Assembly (NCBI GenBank): GCA_951406725.2
Contig: OX597816.1
Coordinates: 133,052,001-133,116,000, forward strand
Length of the DNA stretch: 64,000 bases
Direction of reading: 5' to 3'
DNA from: Octopus vulgaris
Taxonomy: Eukaryota
A program made the translations under genes and the position numbers. Shown here piece after piece: positions 25,748-38,593 of the stretch; position 1 is the first letter of the stretch; every line of letters begins with the position of its first letter. Below the pieces are notes generated by a model, which was not told the origin of the DNA, did not search any database, and worked only from the letters and a program-made list of their open reading frames with translations.

Positions 25748-26326
25748 GAGTGGCTGTGTGGTAAGTAGCTTGCTTACGAACCACATGGTTCCGGGTTCAG
25801 TCCCATTGCATGGCACCGTGGACAAATGTCTTCTACTATAGCCTCAGGCCAACCAAAGCCTTGTGAGTGGATTTGGTAGACGGAAACTGAAAGAAGCCCG
25901 TCATATATATGTATATACATAATTATAATAATAAGGGTTTTTTGCAACAAGTTGCTTAAACCACATACCGAAAATATTAGAAATAGCAGTCAAAGGACTA
26001 CTATTTCGTTTACTACAAAAATAGGTCTCCACAGACAACAATATTTTATCCGAAGACTGTATGATTTCGTTGTTTTTCTTCTTTTTTTGCCATAAATGAG
26101 TCACAAATATTGTTGTCTGTGGAGACCTATTTTTGTAGTAAACGATATAGTTGTCCTTTGACTTACTATTTCTAATATTTTCGGTATTTGGTTTAAGCAA
26201 CTTGTTGCAAAAAACCCCTATTATTATAATTATATAATTTTTTACCGAATATGGTCCTTTTCCATACCAAAATACTACTAGGTGAAATTTGTTGATTTTA
26301 TTAAATTAATTATATTTCACCCTTTA

Positions 26327-26375
<49 letters not shown>

Positions 26376-26598
26376 GTGTGTATACGTTTGTGTGTCTGTG
26401 TTTGTCCCCCCAACATCACTTGACAACCGATGCTGGTGTGTTTACGTCCCCGTAACTTAGCGGTTCAGCAAAAGTGACCGATAGAATAAGTACTGGGCTT
26501 ACAAAGAATAAGTCCTGGGGTTGATTTGCTCGACTAAAGGTGGTGCTCCAGCATGGCCAAAGTCAATTGACTGAAACAAGTAAAAGAGTAAAAGAGTA
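25748..26598 (+). mobile_element. SINE family A split at its internal (TA)n by an inverted-repeat element
   Basis: Head 25748-25902, tail ~26370-26598. Confidence 0.85.
25919..26325. mobile_element. Foldback element: ~128-bp inverted arms plus ~90-bp tail, related to the 546-bp unit
   Basis: Arms 25919-26046 and 26105-26233; tail ATGGTCC...CATAC...GGTGAAATT...AATTAATT...ACCC resembles 22000-22080. Confidence 0.75.
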
Positions 26599-27694
26599 GC
26601 AAGACAGGAAAATATACTACTATTGAAATAAAGCAATTAATAATGTACTGTTCTGTATATTTCTTTTTAAATATTTTTATAATTTGTATATATTTATTTT
26701 ATCATAACTGCAAAACAACACCATGAAGGAACTGATGTAAGCTTAAATAATAAACCACAGATTTTTACCTATTGCAGGTTGGGGGTTTTGGAATGTAGCA
26801 CCTGTGATAGTCGAGGGAATACTGTATATTGTATGTTCTTAATATATTCTTAGCATATTTATATATTTATGTCTATATATTTTTAATATATTTTTAAGTA
26901 TTATATATCTATATATTTTTAGTACATGATTTTGTGTACATAATCATTTTACAATAGAATATATTTTAGAAACCTATCTTTTGTTTCTCATCATTATTTT
27001 TCCTATTTTCCAATGGTTCAAATATACTGAGCACTTTGCTGTGTCCTATATAGAGAGAAAATTTTATCTCTTCAAAATAAATTATAAATGTATGTGTGTG
27101 TATATATATATATATATATATACATATACACACATACACCCACATATACATAAATATGTGTGTATATTTATGTATATATATATATATATATATATACATA
27201 TACATACATACACCCACATATACATAAATATGTGTGTATATTTATGTATATATGTATATTTATATATATATATATATGTATGTATGTATGTATGTATGCA
27301 TGTATGTATGTATGTATGTATGTATGTATGTATGTATGTATGTATGTATGTATGTATGTATGTATGTATTAAGGTATGCAAACAAGAGAAAGTGATTATT
27401 CAGTGAATAATGTTCGTTCCTTTGTTTACCATTACATTTCTCTGTATCAATACTATGAATTTCTTGTGCTTCCAAGTTGATGGAGAATTTTTTTATTTAT
27501 CTACTTTTTTTCTAGTTCATACTCATCATACCACTAACTATTCAATCATGAAGTTTGAATGTAAACTGATGTTTGTCAGTCAAACTTACTGGTGCAAGTA
27601 GCTTTATGCACTTTATACAGCATAACATAATGTCAGCAGTGTCTTTATCTCTCTCTCTCTCTCTCTCTCTCTACATGTGTATGTATGTGTGTCT

Positions 27695-27748
<54 letters not shown>

Positions 27749-27752
27749 ATAC

Positions 27753-27791
<39 letters not shown>

Positions 27792-28000
27792 AAATAGAAA
27801 GATGAATAATCTTGTAGCAGATTAATCAAAAGTTTAACCGATACCTTGGTAGCAAAAATCACAGCAGAAGACAGCACGGTTGGAGGTACAACCATATGGT
27901 GTTGCAACCGTGCGTTGGTGCGGATAATTGAATTTTAATATTATTAGCGAATTGAAGAAATGGAGCTGAACGAAGATTGAACAGAAATCGTTTTATTTCA

Positions 28001-28080
28001 TTCTACACGTGTTTCGAAAGGCACAATTTACCAAAATCCGATTGAATAATGAGACCATATTGTGTCTTTCTCTTCAGGAA
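28001..28080 (-). ncRNA. Minimal type-I hammerhead ribozyme motif
   Basis: Reverse complement: TTC CTGAAGA GAAAGACACAAT-loop-ATTGTGCCTTTC GAAAC ACGT GTA GAA; 12-bp stem II with one mismatch, palindromic ACACGTGT, GUA site. Confidence 0.85.
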
Positions 28081-28178
28081 GAAATAGGAAATCCGTTGGA
28101 AAAAACAAAAACAGAACAGAGGCGGAGCAAAACAAATCGAACTAGGCTCCTAAGAGCCCATGGTCAAACCATGTGTCT

Positions 28179-28258
28179 TTCCTGAAGAGAAAGACACAAT
28201 ATGGTCTCATTATTCAATCGGATTTTGGTAAATTGTGCCTTTTGAAACACGTGTAGAA
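28179..28258 (+). ncRNA. Minimal type-I hammerhead ribozyme motif (second arm)
   Basis: TTC CTGAAGA GAAAGACACAAT...ATTGTGCCTTTT GAAAC ACGT GTA GAA. Confidence 0.82.
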
Positions 28259-28694
28259 TGAAATAAAACGATTTCTGTTCAATCTTCGTTCAGCTCCATT
28301 TCTTCAATTCACTTATAAATATATATATTATCATCATCATCATCATCGTTTAGCGTCCGTTTTCCATGCTAGCATGGGTTGGACGGTTCTACTGGGGTCT
28401 GTGAAGCCAGAAGGCTTCATCAGGCCCAGTCAAATCTGGCAGTGTTTTTACGGCTGGATGCCCTTCCTAACGCCAACCACTCCGTGAGTGTAGTGGGTGC
28501 TTTATGTATGTATATATCGTCATCATCATCATCATCGTTTAATGTCTGTTGTCCATGCTGGCATGAGTTGGACAGTTTGACCAGAGCTGGCAAGCTGGGG
28601 AGCTGTACCAGGCTCCAGTCTGATCTGGCATAGTTTCTATGGCTAGATACCCTTCCTAATGCCAACCAATTTACAGAGTATGCTGGATGCTTTC

Positions 28695-29560
28695 ATGAGG
28701 TGGTATCAAAAAGTCTCTGGACTAATTCTGTAGGACACCAACAGATGGCAGCACACAGTTGCATGTGCACAGTGAGAGCTAGCAGTGACTGTCATGAGGC
28801 AGTATGCCAAGTTACATCACTGTGTTTATTTGGCAAGTTGTGAAATTTGTGTTTTTGTGATCATGTGTATGCTGTATTCTGTGATTTTGTCATGGACAGG
28901 AACAAAGAGCCGACGTGAAATTTTGCATTAAACTTGGGAAGTCTGCTACAGAGACTTTGAAAATACTTCAATAAGCTTACAGCAATGAAGCAATGGGTCA
29001 TACGTAGTGTTTGGAGTAGCATGGGTGCTTTAAAAGTGAAAGAATATCCCTGGAAGATGATGAGCAATCTGGAAGACCTACCACATGCGTCATCCCCAGA
29101 AGTGTGGCATTGTGCATCGAGAATTCAACCCCCAGGGCTAGACCATCAATTGAGAGTTCTGCTGTGATGTTTTGAAGCATTTGAGGGAGAACATTTGGCA
29201 AAAACGATTGAATCTATGGAACATGATGATTTGGATTCTTCACAACAACAATGCCCCCTGTCTCTGAGCTCTCCATACCCACCCTGTTAGCCAGATTTAG
29301 CACCTGTGAACTTCCATTTCTTCCCCAAGATGAAAATGCAGCTCAAAAGTTGCCATTTTATCAGGGTTGTCAAGATCCAAAGGGAATCACTGAAGGTCCT
29401 CCACTCGCTTATGGAAAATGACTTCCACACTAGATTCCAAAAGTGACAGGAATGCTGGGACAAGGTGATTAATTCAAAGGAGAGGATGTTAAAACTTAGG
29501 TAAATAAGTTATTTTTTATTAAGCATAACTAGTCCGGGAACGTTTTGATATTACCTCATA
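28695..29560 (+). mobile_element. Internally deleted mariner element
   Basis: ~30-bp TIRs ATGAGGTGGTATCAAAAAGT...ACGTTTTGATATTACCTCATA; remnants WILHNNNAP and PDLAPVNFHFFPKMK. Confidence 0.8.
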
Positions 29561-29649
29561 TGTGGTACTACATGGGCAAGGTATCATATGCACATTTATA
29601 TATATTTATATATATTTCTATATGTATGTATAAACATACATACATATTT

Positions 29650-29722
<73 letters not shown>

Positions 29723-30452
29723 TTTTGTACACCACCTGTCTTCGTCTTTTGTTTTTTTTTGTAAACTCTCCCTATATATATATATATGTATGCACATACG
29801 TGCAATATATTTTTTATCTCTATTTGTTTCAGCTATTAGATTGTGATCATGTTGGGGATTCACCTTGAAGAATTTTTAGTTGAATGAATTGATTCGAATA
29901 CTCATTTTTTATTCCTTTTTAAGCCTAGTATTCATTCTGTCTTTCTCTATCTCTGAACCACTAAGTTAAATGGATGTAAACAAACCAACACTAGTTGTCA
30001 AGCAGTAGTGGAAAACAGACAGACAGACAGACACACACACATATATATATATGACAGGCTTCTTTCAGTTTCCACCAACCAGATCTACTCACAAGGCTTT
30101 GGTTGGCCCAAGGTGCCACACAGAGGGACTGAACCCAGAAGCATGTGGTTGGGAAGCAAGCTTCTTATCATAGATACATACATATCATCATCATCATCCT
30201 TTAATGTCTGTTTTCTCTGCTAAAAATGGGTTGGACAGTTTTGCATGAGCTGACAAGTAGAAGAGCTGCACTAGGTTCCAGTCTGATTTGGTTTGGTTTC
30301 TGTAGCTGGATGCCCTTCCTAACACCAACCATTTTACAGAGTGTGCTGGGTGTTTTTAACATGGTACCAACACAGGTCCCTTGCAGGCCAATCCACTTCA
30401 TCAGGTGGAGTAGCCTAGCTGTAGGAAACATCTATCTAGCTATCCATATATA

Positions 30453-31830
30453 CAGTGTTATTCAAAAAGAATGAACCAATTTCACTACGCAATATTTTAA
30501 TAAGGAAAAGCAATAGAAAACTCCAGCTAAGTCACAAGTATTTACTCACACTCAACTTATATTTCCTGTCTTACAAGTGTTCAATGTGGCCACCACCTGC
30601 AGCTCAGGCAACAGCAATGCGATAAGAGAATTCCTCCCAGACGCATATCAACTTATCACGATCCACTAAATTGATCGCTGTTGTTATTCGATGTTTAAGG
30701 TCATCAAGGTTAGTGGGTAGCGGTGGAGTTTTCTCGTTTTGAATGGCTGTCACAGGGGCAATGTAATCGTGTCGTTCTTTCAGCAACTTTCAATTGTTTG
30801 TTTACACCCGGAATGGCAAGTCTTCAGCCAAAGGTGTTTTGCATTCTCAAGTTCACGAAAACAAATTTGGTTGTCGTGGTGCAGCATGCTTTTCGAAGGC
30901 AACTCAACATTAATTCACCTTCTCCTAAGAACATTCGATGGTGGTTTCAACAGTTTCAAGAGAGGAGGTGTCTTTGTAAAGGAAAAAGCCCAGGATGACC
31001 ACAAGTTTTGGAGAAGCAGGTGGTGTGGATCCATGCTGCATTTGAGGGGAGCCCGCAGAAGTCCACAAATCAAGCTAACTGTGAGCTTGTGATCCCACAA
31101 TCCACTATCTGGTATGTGCTAAGAAGATGTCTACATTTGAAATCATACAGACTATGCCTCGTTCAGGCATTTACCAACAATGACAAGAGGAAGCGGATGG
31201 AATTTTGCGAATCGATGCTGGAGATGATGGAAGACAAAACCTTCATTTCACGTTTAATTTTTAGTGATGAAGTGACTTTTCACTTGAGTGGCACTGTCAA
31301 TCGTCACAATGTGTGTATTTTGGGAACAGAGTACCCACATGAAACAGTTGAGCATGAAAGAGATTCCCCTAAGGTGAACGTCTTCTGTGCTGTTTTGGGA
31401 CAAACCTATCTCGTTATGCTCCAAACTGGCTCTTCACTTCATTGGAAACAGATTTACATGACTTCATTTTTCAACAAGATGGAGCACTGTCCCATTGGCA
31501 CTTGATGGTTTGAGCTTTTTTAAACGAAAATGTGCTGCAGCAATGGATTAGTCAGAAAGGGCCCCAAGACCTTGCTCTTTGTGCTTGGCCTGTGAGATCC
31601 ACAAACTTTACCATCTGTGACTTTTTTCTTGTGGGGATATGTAAAATATCCCGCTTTCATGTTCCTCTGCTACCCACTAACCTCAATGACCTTAAGCATT
31701 GAATAACAACAGTGACCAACTCAGTGGATCATGATATGCTGATATGCGTCTGGGAGGAATTCTCTTATCGCATTGCTGTTGCCTGTGCTGCAGGTGGTGG
31801 TCACATTGAACACTTGTAAGACAGGAAATA
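30453..31830 (+). mobile_element. Long-TIR rosa-like Tc1/mariner relic with DD46D spacing
   Basis: LIFSDEVTFHLSGTVNRHN, SPKVNVFCA, FQQDGA...WPVRS...CDFF; 30560-30728 is the reverse complement of 31664-31830. Confidence 0.85.
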
Positions 31831-31840
31831 TATATATATA

Positions 31841-32330
31841 CAGAGTGTGAGGTGTATTTGAGGACATTTAATTATCAGTATATTAATCTCTTCAAACCAA
31901 CTGAAAGGTTTTTATTTCTTTCAAATTCTCAATGGCAGATACAATGCAAACAAATGAAAGGCAAAAATATGAGGTTACTCTTGCCATGTGCGTGGAACGC
32001 AGCAATTTAGAAATTCCCAAATCTCTAAATGTTGCAATTTTTTTTTCTTTTTTTGTACAGAAAGTTCAGATGGAAATGGAAACCTCTGGTGGGAATGCTT
32101 CAACTGTATCAAAGGGAAAAAACATTCTAAACATTCTGACACTATAAGGACACTTTAATTCATCCAACAGGTTTTAAAATTTTTTGATGATGAATCTGGA
32201 AAATCAATGAGAGCCCTCACCAAAGATGTAGCAATGAGAGCTTTGATAGTCTTCCATGTGTAATTAAAATAATAATTAAATAAACATTCAAAGTTGATTT
32301 TCTTTTGCACCTTCAGAGCCATATTGCTAG
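31841..32330 (+). mobile_element. 5' fragment of a decayed Tc1/mariner (maT-like) element
   Basis: TA|CAGAGTG start followed by a degenerate HTH-like ORF (31932-32147) and ESGKSMRALTKD. Confidence 0.5.
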
Positions 32331-32705
32331 AAAAATTTAAAGACTATGATTCTTTGTTTTTCTGGTTATGACAAGGTGCCATGTTGAATACTCTGGAAAA
32401 CACAATATAAAAATGAAAAATTCTTTATTGATTTTAAGTGCAATTTGACAAAATGGGAAAATAGTAATGATTAATGAATTAATACCAATGGATTGCAAAT
32501 TTTCATCAAAATCAGGTGATGCTTTCAGGAGAACTTGTGCGAATTTAATTATCTGTCTGTCTATCTATCTATCTATCTATCAATTTATTTATTTAAAAGA
32601 TAAAAATTTAGTTAGGTGTTAAATTTATTTATTTGTTTGTGAACATACAATTGTATTTTATAATATGTAGCATGCATATTAATGAGACATGTAAACATAA
32701 TGTAA

Positions 32706-33270
32706 TATGAGGGGGTACCCAAAAGAAACTGGAGTTTTGCATTATTATTTTATTTTCTTAGTTTTACCTGTTTACACTTTTATTGCCTTCAAAGTATTCT
32801 CCGTTTGGAGCAATGCATCGGTCCTGACATGTTTTCTTCTGTTCGAAGCAGTCCTGGAACTCTTGTGAAGTGATGCCTTTTAACACCTCCATCGTTTTTT
32901 TCTTCTCCTCTTCAAAATCTGTAAAACATTTTCCTCTAAGGACTTTTTTCATTCAGGGGAACACAAAAAAGCCATAGGGAGCAAGATCAAGCAAATAGGG
33001 AGAGTGGATAAGCAAGATCATGCCATTTTTGGCAAAAACTGTCTCAAACTCAAGGCAGTGTGCACTAGTGCATTGTTGTGATGAAACCACCACTCTGCAC
33101 TTTACCACAGGTCGGGATGTTTTTGTCTCACCATGTCTCACAAATGTTTCAGAACTACCAAGTAAAATGTCTGGTTAGCAGTTTGGCCAGGAGGAACAAA
33201 TTCTGTGTGGACAATTCCTTTCACATTCATGAAATAAATCATTTTCTTGACATTGGACCTCATTTGATGT
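32706..33270 (-). mobile_element. Mariner transposase 3' fragment with TIR
   Basis: GIVHTEFVPPGQT, HSPYLLDLAP, MKKVLRGKCF and RCIAPNGEYFEG. Confidence 0.85.
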
Positions 33271-34330
33271 GCTGGCAACAAAGGGTCTCTCTCTCTCTCA
33301 GAGGGAGAGGCAGATTGTTTGATGCCTGTGCATGAACAACTATGCTGCATGGCAGTGAAACATGGGTTGTGACAGCCACGGACATGCATAGGCTTGAAAG
33401 AAATGAAGCCAGTATGCTTCACTGGATGTACGTCAGTGTGCATGTTCGACAGAATGTAAGCATCTTGAGAGAAAAGTTAGGCATAAAAGGCATCAGATGT
33501 GGTGTGCAAGAGAGACAACTGTGCTGGTATGGTCATGTGATACATATGGACGAGGACAGCTGTGTAAAAAAGTGCTGATCTCTAACCGTGGAGGGAATCT
33601 GTGGTAGAGGTAGACCTGGAAGATATGGAACAAGGTGGTGAAGAAGGATCTTCGAACTTTGAGCCTCACAGGGGCAATGACTGTAACTGAGACCTTTGGT
33701 GATATTCAAACTGAGAAGAACTGCTAAGCCAAGTGCACCCATGCTGGAGGCATGTAAAGAACACCTTTCAAGTGTTGGGCTTCATGGAGGCAAAGAGGCT
33801 GAGTTCCTTTCAAGTGCTGGACCTCATACAGGTAAAGTGGCTGAGTTCTTTTCGAGTATTGGGCCTCACAAAGGCAAAGTGGCTGAGTTCCTTTTGAGTA
33901 TTGGGAAGCAATGACTGAGACCTTTGGCATTATGGCATGCTTGAGGACAAAACCTATTAAGCCGAGAAAAATTGCAGTCATGGCAGATACTGGTGTCACG
34001 CAAATTTGCACCCATGCCAGTGGCACATAAAAGCACCCCGGTGTCATGCAAATGGCACCTGTACTGCTGGCATGTAAAAGTACCCATTATACTCTTGGAG
34101 TGGTTGGCATTAGGAAGGGTATCCAGCTGTAGAAAACCAGACCAAATCAGACTAGAGTGTAGTGCATCCTTCCAGCATGCCAGCCCAGTCAAACCATCCA
34201 ACCCATGCCAGCATGGACAACGAACGTTAAATGATGGTTATGATGATGATGATGACATATTATATTATATTAAATCCAACCCATGCCAGCATGGAAAGCG
34301 GGCATTAAAAGATGATGATGAGGATGAGGA
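33271..34330 (+). mobile_element. RTE LINE 3' fragment plus family C 3' UTR
   Basis: MLHGSETW...RLERNEASML...WYGHVIHMDEDSCVKKC, followed by ~33-bp repeats and the family C tail. Confidence 0.88.
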
Positions 34331-35491
34331 GAAGGAGGGGGGAGGAGGAGGGGGATTATGATGATGATGATATAACTGAAAAATCACACGAATAACACGA
34401 GTAAAATTTGAGGAACAAACAAAGAAGTGAACAATGAAGCTCAATGTATCTCAAATGAAGAAACTAAAGTATCTGACATTTGGGGGGATACCATTTATCA
34501 ATTAGAAAAAGAAATTGAAATAAGAACTGAGTGGCATGAGAAAGAGAGCAAATAAATCCATAAGTGCAGAATCCCATAACCAGATTTTTTTGCAACATAA
34601 ACACACTAGAATGCACACATGCATGCACCTCCCCCCACTCTCTCTCTCTCTCTCTCTTTCTCTCTCTTCTCCCCAATGGTTTTCTACATCTTTCTGAAAA
34701 ACAGCCTTCAAAAGTCACTACATGATTTTCATACCTCCACTACCAATGAACAACAGCTCCTCTGCAAACTGAGAATATCAACATAATGAAAAGCAGCAAA
34801 GTAGAACTCACCACTAAACTGAAAAGGCATATCAGGAGCCAACAGAATGGGGCTCAGTTCAGAAAAAAGAGTAAGATTCTGATCAGCAGCCACATCCAGA
34901 AAACAGCAACTAATATTGTCCTGAGCGGACAAAAATTTTAAGAAGGTGCAAGGATAGCTCTGTGGTTAAGAAGCTCATTTTGCACTGCATGGTGAATCTC
35001 ATATACAAAACTCAAATAAACAGCTTTGTTAGGCAGCAAATCATCACATATGCTGGCAGACATGGTAGGCATGGTAGGCATGGCAGGCAGGATTGTCTAT
35101 AGTGAAATATTGGTTTCATATTTTGGCATAAGACCAGCAATTTCAGGGATGGAGTTGGGGGTAAGTCGATTGAATCAACCCCAGTGCTCAACTGGTACAT
35201 ATTTCATTGACCCTGAAAGGATGATACACAAAGTTGACCTCAGTGAAATTTGAACTCAGAATATAAAGACAGGCGAAATGCTGCTAAGCATTTTACTTGG
35301 TGTGTTAACGATTCTGCCAGCTCACTGCCTTTCTACAGTGAAATATTGAAAGCTCATCTGGTACAGTCGTATATCACTCTCCAACTCCCAGTTCAAAGCT
35401 ATTCTTCAGTGTACAATGAAGTAGAGCAAAGAAGAGACAAATAAAGAAAATCCCAGTCTGACAGCATCAAACACCATGGCCTTTAAGCATA

Positions 35492-35527
<36 letters not shown>

Positions 35528-37334
35528 CAGTAGGTATATGATGAAATTATTCTGAGAATTATTGGACAAGAATCAATGGCAATTATTCACTACCAGAGTA
35601 TCTAAAGTAGCACCTAAAAGGCTGGCCCAGCAATCATAGGATGATGATGATGATGACAATGACGATGACGATGATGATGATAAAATAAGGCAAGGCTAAG
35701 AGTAAGTGTGAGGGGAGCAAGAGAAAAAGAAAGAAAAGAAAGAAACAATGGAAGAAATAGAAAGCAAAAAAGACTGAAAAAAAAGAAAAAAGAAAGAATG
35801 GAGTGAGAGAGAGAGAAAACATTTTGGTGAGATACAATATTTGGAAAAGATAAATATATCCTTTCTAAAACAGATTTTGTTTCCCCAGTCTAGATAGATA
35901 ATTTTTATTTTAAGCTGATATATGACATCGAATTTTTAAAATCATGATTCTAATCTAATAATGCATATTCTGTAAGGAAATATTTGCATTTACTGCTGCT
36001 GTTGCTACGGCTGCTACAGCTGGATAATCTTAACTTGTAGTTTAAGATCTTTAAAACATCAAAACCATATTGACAACTGACCTCCATTTTCTACAGAATA
36101 TTTCCCCTGTCAACAGCTTTGAAAAAGATTTTCTTTAAATCCCATGGCTTTCTTTTCTTTTTGTGTGTATGTGTGTGTGTGTGTGTATGTGAAAGTAGGT
36201 ACATGTTAAAATTATTCTTAGAATATTATTGACTTTTAACTTGGTCTGGTTTGATTTTCTGAGAAATCCTTTGAAATGGGTGCATGAAATGGAAAAGAAA
36301 ATGTAAAATCTTTAAAAGACAGAGAGAGGGAAAGAGTGTGAAAGAGAGAGAAAGGGGAGAGAGAGAAAGAGAGAAAATATTGATTTAGTTTCACTGTTTA
36401 TTTGAAAAATCTAATTAACAAATGTTAAGGTTTCAGCTACCCGTCTCTCATTTTATGAGGTTTTATCCGTTTCGTGATTTTCAAGAAGACACTAATTTTT
36501 TGTTGCATCAAAATTCCAATTCTAGATCTCATTCACAACTGAAAGGGGTTCTACTTTAGTGTTTCCCAACTTACCGGAGGTACTAAAATTAATTTCAGGA
36601 ATTGCTGGATTTCAAATTTATCTTGCATCTACATTCAAATTTCATAAGACAGGCATAAGGAAGGGTATTTGCTAATTTGACTTGTCATCAAAGGGTGTAC
36701 TGGACTAACATAAGATCAGAAAATGCTACTCTACATTATCATTCTTCCTGCTAGAAATAACAGTCAAATCTTCAGCAAATCAAAGCAACAACAATGACAA
36801 TTCCAGGATTAAAATGCTAGAATATTCAGAGAGAGGGGAGGGAGGCGGGGAGAGAGAGGGAGATGGGTGAACAGATGGACAGTTGAACAGACAGACAGAC
36901 AGACAGACAGAAAGAGAACCAGTATGTTATGCCTTATAAAAGGAACAACACACTGGATATCAAAGTCCCAGATATTGTAAATCTGAAAATATAACAGGCA
37001 GATCAAGGATGGCCAAGATCTGTTAAGCTGAGATTGACTTGGTACTAAACAATAACAACAACAACAATACTTCTGCCCATTCTCTGATATTTGTATGTTA
37101 TCCCATAAGTTGTAAATTTACCAACAAATTAAACTATGCAACCTCCAAGTATCTGATCTAAAGAATGTCTCCAAATATATTTTACTAAGCATCAAAAGAT
37201 AATTCATTTCCAAGTCACAGCATTTAGTCACTAGATACTACTTCAAAAATTGTAATTTCATCTGAGTATATTCTAAAGGTAGTCAATTATAGTGGTTAAT
37301 CGTTTAAAAAGAAAAAAAATAGCTACAAAAATTT

Positions 37335-37949
37335 AGGCATGGCTATGTGGTAAGAAGCTTGCTTCTGAAGCACATGGTTCTGGGTTCAGTCCCACTGTGT
37401 GGCACCTTCTACTATAGCCCCAGGCCATCCAGAGCCTTATGAGTGGATTTGGTAGAAGGAAGCTGAAAGAAGCCAGTTGTTTATATATATATATATCCAT
37501 TTGTAATAACAAAATATGAACTCTTATCAGGATTTACATACCATGGAGAAAAAGCATTTCTACCCATTCTACACAGCAATTTCCTTGGATAATGGAACTG
37601 CAACTGTAACATCCTACATATATCTTTATTTTTACTTTTATTCTCTTATTTCCCTTTATACTTCCTATATCCATCCTTTTCCAAAATAACTCCTTATATT
37701 TTCCTCTATTTAATTCTCTCATATCATCTCTGATGAAGGGATATCCCTAATATCCAAGAAACAATTGTAAGACTAACTTTCTCTTTATAAATGTCCTAAA
37801 AATTGTTGTCTCATTTTATTTAACATGTACATGCTCACACAAGACCCGCATTAGGCTCCTCATTCTTATTACTATCGAACTGAGAGTCTAACTACGCTCC
37901 TTCCATAGCACTTACATAGCCTATCCAGCCATCCTGGGTCTTCTGGACA

Positions 37950-37985
<36 letters not shown>

Positions 37986-38220
37986 GGTATTTATGTGTGT
38001 GTTTGTGCATCTGTGTTTGTTCCCCTGCCATTACTTGAAAACTGATACTGGTGTGTTTATGCCCCCATAACTTAGCAGTTTGGCAAAAGAGACCGATAGA
38101 ATAAGTACTAAGCTTACAAAGAATAAGTTCTGAGGCTGATTTCTTCAACTTAAACCCTTTAAGGTGGAGCTCTGGTAAGGCCACAGTCAAATGACCAAAA
38201 CGAGTAAAAGAACAAAAGAA
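37335..38220 (+). mobile_element. SINE family A split by a hammerhead-bearing insert (~37500-37950)
   Basis: Head 37335-37480, tail ~37990-38220. Confidence 0.75.
37727..37772 (+). ncRNA. Minimal type-I hammerhead ribozyme motif
   Basis: TCT CTGATGA agGGATAtccctaaTATCCaa GAAAC AATT GTA AGA: stem I TCT/AGA, palindromic ACAATTGT, GUA site. Confidence 0.8.
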
Positions 38221-38273
38221 TATAATCTGAACTTATATAGTTCAAATATTTTCAAAGCAATTTACCTATAGGT

Positions 38274-38593
38274 CAGTGGTTCTCAACTGGGGTTCTTTTG
38301 GGGTCCACAGAACAAAATAGTAAATTGGGGATCCATAACAGTATTTTAAGTGCCCCTTCAAAAATTTTGCTTCAGATGTACATATTGGTGTGTATTGCAA
38401 GAACCAGCTAGGTTTCTTTCTCTAATATTTTACATAGTTCAATCTACACAAGTTAACGAGGGAAAAATAAAATAGGAATTTTGAAAGAAGTTTCTATATA
38501 ACTAGATTTTAAACATTGAATGGCTATAGGGGTCCACCAAAATAAAATAGTAATCAAAGAGATCCATAGATAAAAAATGGTTGAGAACCCCTG
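38274..38593. mobile_element. hAT (Charlie-like) MITE with 8-bp TSD
   Basis: TIRs CAGTGGTTCTCAAC / GTTGAGAACCCCTG; flanks CTATAGGT and CTATACGT. Confidence 0.85.

Larger units (their letters stand above)
25221..27002. mobile_element. Old Penelope-like element with ~200-bp inverted arms (25221-25422 and 26821-27002) enclosing younger insertions
   Basis: Arms are diverged reverse complements; hammerhead remnant on the minus strand at 25523-25612. Confidence 0.6.
27790..28313. mobile_element. Penelope-like inverted-repeat element with two hammerheads
   Basis: Near-perfect ~135-bp arms at 27946-28080 and 28179-28313; TA-rich flanks. Confidence 0.85.

Noticed and set aside
36555-36730. Possible old hAT MITE (TAGTGTTTCCCAAC start)
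   Set aside because: Right TIR and TSD too degraded to support a call.
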